Below, one piece after another: positions 40,246-48,387 of a DNA stretch of 64,000 bases; the stretch's first letter is position 1; every line of letters starts with the position of its first letter. The stretch lies in the NCBI GenBank assembly GCA_016713825.1, contig JADJOJ010000003.1:228733-292732 (forward strand). Direction: 5' to 3'. Below the pieces are notes generated by a model that was not told the DNA's origin, did no database searches, and saw only the letters and a program-made list of their open reading frames with translations. Origin of the DNA: Candidatus Leptofilum gracile. GTDB lineage: Bacteria > Chloroflexota > Anaerolineae > Promineifilales > Promineifilaceae. A program made the translations under genes and the position numbers.

Positions 40246-40911
40246 TCATGTCAGGTTGCTAAATTGGCTAATGTGCAGATCTTCACCAAACACAATCAGG
40301 ATGTCGTCTTTTTGCAAAATTGTGTCGGCGCGGGGCGAAATGAGCACTTCATCGCCGCGCTTGATGAGCAAAATGTTTACATGGTGCTTGTTGCGGATGT
40401 CGCACTGCCCCATGCTCTTCCAGGCAAGTGGATTGGGCAACATAATTTCGGCAACGCTATAGCCCTGGCCTAAATTGAAATGTTCAATAATGGCCGGGGT
40501 GCTGAGTTCTTCGGCCAGGCGGTGGGCGCTGTTTTGTTCTGGTTGAATGACCTGATCTGCCCCGAGGCGGCGCAAAATATCGCACTGCCGGTTGGTTTGC
40601 GATTTGCAAATGACGCGCCGCACGCCCAGCGCTTTGAGGTTGACTGTGGTGAGGAGGTTGGCTTCAAAATCATTGCCAATGGCGACGATGACCGTATCAA
40701 AAGCGCCAATATCTATGGCTTTGAGGGCGTCTTCCTGGGTACTGTCTAGCGAGGCGGCATGGGTAACCAGATCGACGATGGATTGCACTAATTTTGTATC
40801 TTTGTCGATGGCCATCACGGTGTGCCCGTGCTCTTCCAGGGCCACGGCGAGGCTATACCCAAACCGCCCCAGGCCGATGATGGCAAATTCTTGTTGGCTG
40901 TGCTGGCTCAT
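40246..40911 (-). CDS. ktrA: KtrA/TrkA-type K+ transport regulatory subunit (RCK N and C domains)
   Basis: 221 aa from ATG 40911, with AGGAG 5 nt upstream. Rossmann motif FAIIGLGRFGYSLAVALEEHGHTVMAIDKD. It is followed 22 nt later by the ktrB start. Confidence 0.88.
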   Translation of the reverse strand: MSQHSQQEFAIIGLGRFGYSLAVALEEHGHTVMAIDKDTKLVQSIVDLVTHAASLDSTQEDALKAIDIGAFDTVIVAIGNDFEANLLTTVNLKALGVRRVICKSQTNRQCDILRRLGADQVIQPEQNSAHRLAEELSTPAIIEHFNLGQGYSVAEIMLPNPLAWKSMGQCDIRNKHHVNILLIKRGDEVLISPRADTILQKDDILIVFGEDLHISQFSNLT

Positions 40912-41167
40912 TTTTCTCCTTGTGGCTAATGGCTCACGTGCCGTTTGTTGGGTAAGTATAGTTGGCTTTGGGGAGATGGGAAAAGGGAAACGGCCGTTTC
41001 CCCCTCGTCCTATCCTTACAAATTGTCTAAAATCTCCTGTTCTGTTGCCAACGTTCATTGCACCGCCTTTGGCCCATGTTCATGTTGCCTTAATCCTGTG
41101 CTAACAGAAAATAAACAGTTTTTTACTATTATCAACAACGTATTCGTAAAAAACTATCAGATGAACT

Positions 41168-41273
41168 CTTGTGACTTAAAAAATAAATCAGGTAATGTGC
41201 CAGTTGGTGGCGCGGTCAGGAGACCGGCCACAGCATTACGCGATTATTTTCTTAAACTACAACTGTGCATCTG
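41168..41273. repeat. Dispersed intergenic element, copy B (inverted relative to copy A), with putative promoter TTGTGA-N18-TAATGT
   Basis: It is the reverse complement of 6405-6496 with few mismatches. -35 at 41169-41174 and -10 at 41193-41198. In both copies the element points toward the downstream gene (M50 protease here, dps at copy A). Confidence 0.8.
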
Positions 41274-41333
41274 TACAACTGAAAAGAGCGGGTATTACCT
41301 GGCTCTTGCCAAAAATTTAAAAGGAAGTAAACA

Positions 41334-42446
41334 ATGAACAGCTCGTTGAAACTGTTTTCTGTACGCGGTATTGATATTCGTGTTCACCTGACATTCCCGC
41401 TGATCCTGTTGTGGGCGGCGTTTCAGTTTGGCGTGCTGGGCGGGGGTGGATTGGCTGGTGCCTTGTTTGGCGTAATCTCTATCTCGCTGCTGTTTGTCCT
41501 GGTGACGCTGCATGAGTTGGGGCACAGCTTTGCCGCCCTCAACTATGGCGTGCCGGTGGAGCGTATCACGCTGCTGCCGATTGGTGGTGTGGCTCAGCTG
41601 CGCCACATGCCAGACAACCCGAAACAGGAGTTGGTGATTGCCCTGGCTGGCCCGGCGGTAAATGTGGCGCTGGCGATTTTGATGGGTGGGGTGGCCATTT
41701 TGTTTGGCTTGCCGCTGTCTAACCCGCTAACCAGCGGCATTTCGCTGACGTTTGGGTCCATCTTCTCGTATATCTTTTTCTACAATATGATTTTGGCGTT
41801 GTTTAACATGATTCCGGCCTTCCCGATGGACGGCGGCCGTGTTTTGCGGGCGGCTTTGGCAATGAAGCTGGATTATGCGCGAGCCACCAACATCGCGGCC
41901 ACCATTGGCCGCGCTCTGGCCGTGCTTTTTGGCATTTACGGCCTGTTCAATGGCCAGTTCTTTAGCGTGCTAATTGCCATCTTCATCTACTCCGGGGCGA
42001 CTCAAGAGGCGCAGATGGTGCAGTTCCGCCAGCGGCTGCGTGGTTACACGGTGCAGCAGGCGTACAGCAACCAGGTGCCGGTTTTGGACCCGGCCGACAG
42101 TTTGCGCAATGTGGTCAACTGGACGGCGCGTGGCCTGACCGATTTCCCGGTGGCTCACTATGGCACCTACGTCGGCTTTTTGGGCAATGAGCGGCTGATG
42201 GCTGCTTTGCAGGAAGATGGCCCGGACCAGACCGTCGCCGCTGTGATGGCGCGAGACGTGCAGCCCGTCTCGTTGACGACCGATTTGTACGATGTGCAGC
42301 AGCGGCTGAACCATGAACAGTTGAACGCGCTGCCGGTGGTGGAATACGGCCGTATCATCGGCATCATCTCTGGCAGGCACATCCGGCACATGCTGCGCAT
42401 GGCGGCGATGCGGCCGGAGCTGTTCCCCAGAGTGCAGTCCGCCTGA
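41334..42446 (+). CDS. Site-2 (M50) metalloprotease with C-terminal CBS pair
   Basis: 370 aa. AAGGAAG RBS. HELGH zinc motif, FNMIPAFPMDGGRVL second motif, and CBS-like repeats in the C-terminal third. Confidence 0.88.
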   Translation: MNSSLKLFSVRGIDIRVHLTFPLILLWAAFQFGVLGGGGLAGALFGVISISLLFVLVTLHELGHSFAALNYGVPVERITLLPIGGVAQLRHMPDNPKQELVIALAGPAVNVALAILMGGVAILFGLPLSNPLTSGISLTFGSIFSYIFFYNMILALFNMIPAFPMDGGRVLRAALAMKLDYARATNIAATIGRALAVLFGIYGLFNGQFFSVLIAIFIYSGATQEAQMVQFRQRLRGYTVQQAYSNQVPVLDPADSLRNVVNWTARGLTDFPVAHYGTYVGFLGNERLMAALQEDGPDQTVAAVMARDVQPVSLTTDLYDVQQRLNHEQLNALPVVEYGRIIGIISGRHIRHMLRMAAMRPELFPRVQSA

Positions 42447-42541
42447 ACAAACCCGTAGGGGCGAGGCAGGTGAAGAGGGTTGATGCTTAACAAAGTGGCT
42501 AAACCCACACCTGCCTCGCCCAGTAAAAAGTGATAAGTGAA

Positions 42542-42576
42542 AAGTCCGCATTGGGATGCCAGTGCGGACTTTTTTG
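42542..42576 (+). terminator. Rho-independent terminator after the M50 protease gene
   Basis: AAGTCCGCA ttgggatgccag TGCGGACTT followed by TTTTT. It is preceded by a second 14-bp-stem hairpin (42459-42521). Confidence 0.7.
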
Positions 42577-42593
42577 TTGTTATAATCTGGCGC

Positions 42594-43622
42594 ATGAAGA
42601 TGCGCGATTGGTTCCGGTTTGGGCATGTGGCGATTTGGGGGTATACGGCCGTTCTCCCCCTCATCGGTGCGGGCACGGCAACTGGCTCGGTGACGGGTTG
42701 GCAGGTGGCGGGATTGTTGGGAACGGCCGTTGCCTACCACCTCTACGCCTACCTCCTCAACGACCTCATCGACTTACCCCTCGACAAAACCCAGCCCTCC
42801 CGCCAAAACTACCCGCTGGTAAGCGGCCTGGTGACCGTGCGGCAGGGGCGCGTGTGGGTGGCCGTGCAGCTGCCCATTTTGCTCATTTTGTGGCTGCTGC
42901 TCGGTGGCAACGGGTGGGCGCTGCTGTGCCTGGCTTGGGCTGTGGGCGGGATGACGCTGTACAACTTTGTCGGCAAGCGCAGCCCGCTGCCGCCGCTGAC
43001 GGATTTGGTGCAGGGCTCCAGTTGGGCGGCGTTTTTGCTCTTTGGCGCGTTGGTGGTGGGGCAGCCCACGCCGCAAACCTGGGTGGCGGCGGGATTTATC
43101 ATCGTGTACATTTTGCTGGTGAACGGCGTCAACAGCAGCTTGCGCGATCTGGCCAACGATTTTACCTTTGGCGCGCGCACGACGGCGATTTGGTTGGGGG
43201 CACGGCCGTTTCCGCCCGACCAGTTCACCATCCCCAACCGCCTGCGCATCTACGCCTATTTCTGGCAGTTCGTTCTAGGTATGCTGGCTCCGTTCCTGCC
43301 CGTTGTGGACAAGTTCCCTTTGTCCTCTGATGAAAATGTGTCGTTGTGGCTGCGCTTGCTTATGATCATGATAGCTACGCAATGTTATGTGTCGTTGTGG
43401 CAAAGTATGAGGCAAAGCTATACAAATAGTCAAAGAATGCCGTTGCACATGCTTAATAATATTTGGAATTTGGTTTTGCTGGTTACGGCCGTTCTCCCCC
43501 TCACCAATCCCCTCACCCGCTGGGCCATTATCCTGGCTTTCACCCTGCCGCTCCTCACCGCCGACTGGCTGGCCGACAAATGGTTTAGCCACGGATTGAC
43601 ACGAATTCCCACGGAACAATAA
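42594..43622 (+). CDS. UbiA-family prenyltransferase
   Basis: 342 aa from ATG 42594, which lies downstream of the terminator. Polytopic. First Asp-rich motif NDLIDLPLDK, second RDLANDF. Confidence 0.8.
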   Translation: MKMRDWFRFGHVAIWGYTAVLPLIGAGTATGSVTGWQVAGLLGTAVAYHLYAYLLNDLIDLPLDKTQPSRQNYPLVSGLVTVRQGRVWVAVQLPILLILWLLLGGNGWALLCLAWAVGGMTLYNFVGKRSPLPPLTDLVQGSSWAAFLLFGALVVGQPTPQTWVAAGFIIVYILLVNGVNSSLRDLANDFTFGARTTAIWLGARPFPPDQFTIPNRLRIYAYFWQFVLGMLAPFLPVVDKFPLSSDENVSLWLRLLMIMIATQCYVSLWQSMRQSYTNSQRMPLHMLNNIWNLVLLVTAVLPLTNPLTRWAIILAFTLPLLTADWLADKWFSHGLTRIPTEQ

Positions 43623-43650
43623 AAATCTGTGTAATCTGCGAAATCTGTGG

Positions 43651-44901
43651 TTAATTGTCTGGCGCGGTGACGATGCCGTGCGTGGCGGCCCATTGGCGGA
43701 GGTCACGGCCGTTTAGCACCGCGCCCATCAAATCGGGGAAAAGCTGTGGCGTGCAGGCAAAAGCAGGTACGCCATGATTCACCAGCTCCTGCGCCAGCTG
43801 CCGATCGAAGCGGGGGGCGCCCTGGTCGTTCAGCGCCAGCAGGGCCACGATTTCTACGCCATCATCCACCAGCGTGGCCACGCGGCGGATCATGTTTTCC
43901 TTGTCGCCCCCCTCGAATAAATCAGTCAGCAGCACCAGCACGGTGTCGCGGGGGCGGGTGACGAGCTGCTGGCAGTAGCCCAGCGCCCGGTCGATGTTGG
44001 TGCCGCCGCCCAGCTTCAGGCCAAACAGCAGCTCCACCGGATCGTCGAGCTGGTCGGTTAAATCGACCACGTTCGTATCGAACAGCACCAGTTTAGTGGC
44101 CAGCGCCGGAATCGAGGCCATCACAGAGGCGAAAATGGAGCCGTAAACCACGGAAGTGGCCATCGAGCCGCTGCTGTCCAGAGCAATGATGACATCGCGC
44201 AGGGCGGAGCGTTTACGGCCGTATCCCACCAACGTCTCTGGCACCACCGTCTTTTGCTCCACCTGATAATGCTTCAAATTAGCGTGCACCGTGCGCCCCC
44301 AGTTGATCTCCTTGTGGCGCGGGCGGCGGGTGCGCGTGGCCCGGTTCAGGCTGCCCGAAATCGCCTGCTCCAGCGGATAGCGCAATTGCTCCAGCAGCTG
44401 TTCCACCACTTTGCGCACCACTTCTTTGGCCGTCTCCTTCGTTTTGCTGGGCATCACCCGGCGCAGCGCCAGCAGATTGGCCACCAGCTGCACGTCTGGC
44501 TCAATCGCTGCCAAAAATTCTGGCTGGCTGAGCAGGCGGCGCAGGTTGAGCTTGCTCAGCGCGTCGTGTTGCATCACCTGCACCACCTCGGCGGGGAAGT
44601 AGGTGCGGATGTCGCCCAGCCAGCGGGCGATGTCCGGGTTGGAGTCGCTGAGATCGCCGCCGGTGCTGTCACCGTACAGCGCCTCCAGCGCCTCATCCAT
44701 CGCCTGGTCCTGCTCGGAGAGGCCGGTTTGCGATTGCTGCTCGTCGCCTTGCCCGTCGCCCTCGCCGGGCTGGGCTTCTTGCGCCGCTTCCTCCTGCTCC
44801 GTTTGGCCCAGAATGAGCCGCCAGCGACGGCCGTTTTCATCCAAACCGTCAGCGGCGGAGAAGAAGGGTTGGTAAGTAAATTTGCTTTCTGTTTCGTTCA
44901 T
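43651..44901 (-). CDS. VWA-domain protein (CoxE-like), last gene of the SWIM/AAA/VWA operon
   Basis: 416 aa. Acidic low-complexity N-terminal third. MIDAS motif VIIALDSSGSM, then the Rossmann-like VWA fold. Confidence 0.8.
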   Translation of the reverse strand: MNETESKFTYQPFFSAADGLDENGRRWRLILGQTEQEEAAQEAQPGEGDGQGDEQQSQTGLSEQDQAMDEALEALYGDSTGGDLSDSNPDIARWLGDIRTYFPAEVVQVMQHDALSKLNLRRLLSQPEFLAAIEPDVQLVANLLALRRVMPSKTKETAKEVVRKVVEQLLEQLRYPLEQAISGSLNRATRTRRPRHKEINWGRTVHANLKHYQVEQKTVVPETLVGYGRKRSALRDVIIALDSSGSMATSVVYGSIFASVMASIPALATKLVLFDTNVVDLTDQLDDPVELLFGLKLGGGTNIDRALGYCQQLVTRPRDTVLVLLTDLFEGGDKENMIRRVATLVDDGVEIVALLALNDQGAPRFDRQLAQELVNHGVPAFACTPQLFPDLMGAVLNGRDLRQWAATHGIVTAPDN

Positions 44902-44936
44902 AGTGCCACCAGTAGGGGCGACCCGCCGGGTCGCCC

Positions 44937-47204
44937 CTACGATTGAATACCTAACAATTTTGCCACCAGCGGCAGCACTTTGTCTGCCTGAACTTCGTCA
45001 AAGGTGGGGTGGGTGATGGGCTGATTGGCAGCGGTACGGCCGTATCGCACGCGCTCCATGAGCTGCTGGCGGGCGGCGTCGGAGAAGGTGCTGAAGGTGC
45101 GGCGCAGCAGGGGCAGGATGGTTTGGAATCGTTCCGCATCGAGCTGCATCACCCAGCCGTCGAGCAGCTGCCACAGGGCCTGATCGTGCAGTACCAGCAG
45201 GCCGCTGCCCTTGAGAAAGCCCTCGATCCAGAACGCCATCTGGGTGAGCTGATTGGCGCTGTTGGTTGCGCCAGACAGCACCCGTTCCAGTCGCGTTGTG
45301 GCTTCGGCTGGTTGGAAAACGGCCGTATCCAACAACACCCGCGTCGCTTTCCCCGCCAACAAACCATGAATCCCCGGCTGATCGGCCAACTGGCGCAGCG
45401 TGGCTTCCCAGGCGGCCAGATGGTCTTCGTTTTGCTGGGTGGCGATGGTGGTGTGAACGGCCGTTACCCGGTCCAGCATCTCAGCCGCGGCGTCATTGTC
45501 CAGGCTGGCGCAGGTGCTGGGCAGGCCAATGCAGATGCGCGTCACCAGCGTATCGACGACGTGGCGCACCAGTTCGGGATTGGTCTGGCGCACGTCGCCG
45601 TAGCGCAGGACGCGGGCCAGCGGCAGCAGCGCATCCATCATGTGCGGCACGTCGCTGCTGACGGCCGCCTGCGCTTCGATGCGGCCCAGCAAGCTCAGGA
45701 CCAGCTCCGGCAAATCGGCCAGCAGCGCCTGGTCCAGCAGATGGGTGAGCGTGGGCAAATCCTGGGCTTGTTCGGCTTGATGGGTGGCGAATTGGGTAAC
45801 GGCCGTTTCCACCGTATTGCCCCAGACGCCCGCCTCAATCAGCCGCACCACAAATTCCGGCTTCCAGGCCAGCTGCCACACCTCCTGGTAGGTGCCTGAC
45901 TGCCCCCGAATCGGGGTGATTTTGCCCCAGGGCACCTTGAGCAGATTGAGCCGGTGCAGCAGCTGGCTGCGCTCGCGGTGGCTGTCGGTGCGTAAATCCA
46001 GGTTGAGGGTGATTGTTTCCGGCTCCGGGCGCAGGCGCAGGCGGCGCTGCTGCTGGTGCAGGTCGCGCTGGAGCGGAATCATGGGCGAGTCGGGCGGCAC
46101 CGCGCCCATCCGCTCGCCGACGATGAGCCGCTTTTGGATGAGCTGCATCGGCGCGGCATCGCCAAAACAGAGCACCGTTTGGGTCGCTTCGTTCAGCTCT
46201 GGCAGGCCGGGGGCGGGCAAGCCGCGCATGGCAGCCAGCGCTTCGGCCAGCCGCACCGCCTCGATGATGTGGGCCGACGAGGCATCCAAATCCTGGTCGC
46301 GCAGCAGCTGGGCAACGTGGCTGAGCCAGTGAATGCTCATCTGCGTCGGCGTCGCTTGCTGCTGCCCCATCTGCCACAAATGATGATACCAGCCGGGCGA
46401 GCGAATGCCTGCGCCGTAGCCGGTGGTGGCCGAGATTCGGCCGTAGGTCCACGGCACCCAGGCTGTTTCCACGTCCACGCCGGGCAGATTGGCCAGCAAG
46501 GCGTCATCGGCGGCGGCATTGTCCAAATGGCACAGGGCAGGTGCGTGCCACGCCCCGCACACCACGGCGATGCGCTCACACCCTTCGGCGCGCGCCTGGC
46601 GGATAGCGTGGCGCATGTGGGCTTCGCGCTGCTGGGCGATTTGCCCAGATTGGGCATGGGCCGCTGCCATTTTCTCATCCATCGCTGGCGGCAGGGTTTC
46701 TTCCGCAGCGGAGCGCATGGCGGTCATTAGCTCCAGAATGCCGGTGAACAGGTCGTCCTGGTTTTGGCGCTGCTCGATGGCGGCGTTCCACCAGAGTTCG
46801 TAATCGTGGTGGTCGGCTGCTTGAGCGATTTGGTGGAAGACGGCCGTATCCGGCATCAGCGGTCGAGCAACCGCAGCCAGCATCACCGACTGCGGCAAAT
46901 CAAAAAAGCGGGTGACGATGCCCTGCTGCACCCCGTACCGCAGCGCCTGAAATTCCGGCGAAAACTCGGCAAACGGATACGAGCCTGCCGCATCCGGCTT
47001 GTCGGGCCGATACACCAACAGGGCAATCGGCGGCTCCATATCTTCATGTCCCAGCCAGGGAATGATCTCGTTGGCATCGGCTGGCCCTTCCACCAAAATG
47101 GCGTCCGGCTTCAGCCCGTGCAGCGCCGCCAGCAGCGCCCGCGCCGAACCCGGCCCGTGGTGGCGGATGGGGAAGAGGTGGAGGAAAGGGGGTGGTTCGA
47201 TCAT
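44937..47204 (-). CDS. Large conserved hypothetical protein (DUF5682-like)
   Basis: 755 aa from ATG 47204. The ORF-track N-terminal extension is encoded by the repeat hairpin. I recognised no catalytic motif. Size and operon position match the large protein that accompanies MoxR/VWA/SWIM genes (family assignment from memory, unverified). Confidence 0.6.
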   Translation of the reverse strand: MIEPPPFLHLFPIRHHGPGSARALLAALHGLKPDAILVEGPADANEIIPWLGHEDMEPPIALLVYRPDKPDAAGSYPFAEFSPEFQALRYGVQQGIVTRFFDLPQSVMLAAVARPLMPDTAVFHQIAQAADHHDYELWWNAAIEQRQNQDDLFTGILELMTAMRSAAEETLPPAMDEKMAAAHAQSGQIAQQREAHMRHAIRQARAEGCERIAVVCGAWHAPALCHLDNAAADDALLANLPGVDVETAWVPWTYGRISATTGYGAGIRSPGWYHHLWQMGQQQATPTQMSIHWLSHVAQLLRDQDLDASSAHIIEAVRLAEALAAMRGLPAPGLPELNEATQTVLCFGDAAPMQLIQKRLIVGERMGAVPPDSPMIPLQRDLHQQQRRLRLRPEPETITLNLDLRTDSHRERSQLLHRLNLLKVPWGKITPIRGQSGTYQEVWQLAWKPEFVVRLIEAGVWGNTVETAVTQFATHQAEQAQDLPTLTHLLDQALLADLPELVLSLLGRIEAQAAVSSDVPHMMDALLPLARVLRYGDVRQTNPELVRHVVDTLVTRICIGLPSTCASLDNDAAAEMLDRVTAVHTTIATQQNEDHLAAWEATLRQLADQPGIHGLLAGKATRVLLDTAVFQPAEATTRLERVLSGATNSANQLTQMAFWIEGFLKGSGLLVLHDQALWQLLDGWVMQLDAERFQTILPLLRRTFSTFSDAARQQLMERVRYGRTAANQPITHPTFDEVQADKVLPLVAKLLGIQS

Positions 47205-47214
47205 GGTTTTTTTA

Positions 47215-47310
47215 GTGACAAGGTGACCTGGTGACAAGGTGAAGGGGTGAAGGGGTGAAGGGGTGAATTTGCTTTTCACCCGTTCACCCTTTCACCCGCT
47301 CACCCGCTCA
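47215..47310. repeat. Hairpin with 8-nt periodic arms (GGTGAAGG x3-4, loop, TTCACCCN x4) inside the operon
   Basis: GTGACAAGGTGACCTGGTGACAAGGTGAAGGGGTGAAGGGGTGAAGGGGTGAA tttgctt TTCACCCGTTCACCCTTTCACCCGCTCACCCGCTCA. It fills the spacer between the AAA+ stop (47308) and the next gene's start (47204). Confidence 0.85.
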
Positions 47311-48387
47311 TACAAGCGCCCGACACGCCTGGTACAAATCCCCCCAGCCGTCCCGTTCGCGGACGATGGTTTCCAGGTATTCACGCCAGATGACGGTGTC
47401 GTGGATGGGGTCTTTGACGATGGCTCCGGTGAGGCTGGCGGCCATGTCGTTGGCGCGCAAAACGCCATCGCCAAAGTGGCCCGCCAGCGCCAGCCCGCTG
47501 TTGATAACGGAAATCGCTTCGGCGGTGCTGAGCGTGCTGCTGGGCGATTTGAGCTTCGCTTTGCCATTTTCCGTCACGCCCTGGCGCAGCTCGCGGAAGA
47601 TGGTGACGACGCGGCGAATTTCGGCCAGGGCGGGCGGTTCGGCGGGCAGTTCCAGCGCCTGGCCCAGACTGTGCACCCGCTGCTGCACGATGGTCACTTC
47701 TTCGGCGGCGGTGGCGGGCAGGGGCAGGACGACGGTGTTGAAGCGGCGCTTGAGGGCGCTGCTGAGGTCGTTGACGCCCCGGTCGCGGTCGTTGGCGGTG
47801 GCGATGACGTTGAATCCTTTAATCGCCTGCACCTCCTGGTTGAGCTCCGGGATGGGCAGCAGCTTTTCGGACAGGATGGTGATGAGGGCGTCCTGCACAT
47901 CGGCGGGGATGCGGGTGAGCTCTTCGACGCGGGCGATACGCCCGTTGCGCATAGCCAGCATGAGTGGGCTAGGTACCAGGGCTTCGGCCGTGGGGCCTTT
48001 GGCGATGAGGCTGGCATAGTTCCAGCCGTAGCGAATCGCTTCTTCGCTGGTTCCGGCGGTGCCTTGCACCAGCAGGGTGGAGTCGCCGGAAATGGCGGCG
48101 GCGAGGTGCTCGGAGACCCAGGTTTTGCCGGTGCCGGGGATGCCCATCAGCAGCAGGGCGCGGTCGGTGGTGAGGGTGGCGATGGCGATTTCGATGAGAC
48201 GGCCGTTGCCAATATATTTCGGCACAATCTCGAAGCCGTTGTCTAGCGTGCCGCCCAAAATGTAGGTGGCCACCGCCCAGGGGGAGAGCCGCCAGTTGGC
48301 GGGGCGGGGGCGGCGGTCGGCCTCTTCTAGTTCGTAAAGCTCGGCGGCAAACTGCTGCTCGGCGTGGGCGCGTAAAATTGTTTCCAT
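47308..48387 (-). CDS. MoxR-type AAA+ ATPase (AAA_5-like)
   Basis: 359 aa. GAGGA RBS. Walker A LLMGIPGTGKTW, Walker B-like RIARVEELTR, sensor region FNVIATANDRDRG. Confidence 0.85.
   Translation of the reverse strand: METILRAHAEQQFAAELYELEEADRRPRPANWRLSPWAVATYILGGTLDNGFEIVPKYIGNGRLIEIAIATLTTDRALLLMGIPGTGKTWVSEHLAAAISGDSTLLVQGTAGTSEEAIRYGWNYASLIAKGPTAEALVPSPLMLAMRNGRIARVEELTRIPADVQDALITILSEKLLPIPELNQEVQAIKGFNVIATANDRDRGVNDLSSALKRRFNTVVLPLPATAAEEVTIVQQRVHSLGQALELPAEPPALAEIRRVVTIFRELRQGVTENGKAKLKSPSSTLSTAEAISVINSGLALAGHFGDGVLRANDMAASLTGAIVKDPIHDTVIWREYLETIVRERDGWGDLYQACRALV

Noticed and set aside
43651-48387. Assigning the MoxR/VWA pair to a known client system (coxDEF CO dehydrogenase, norQD, cbbQO, gvpN gas vesicles, ravA-viaA).
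   Set aside because: None of the corresponding structural genes is present in the window. The associated SWIM and large proteins do not belong to those systems.
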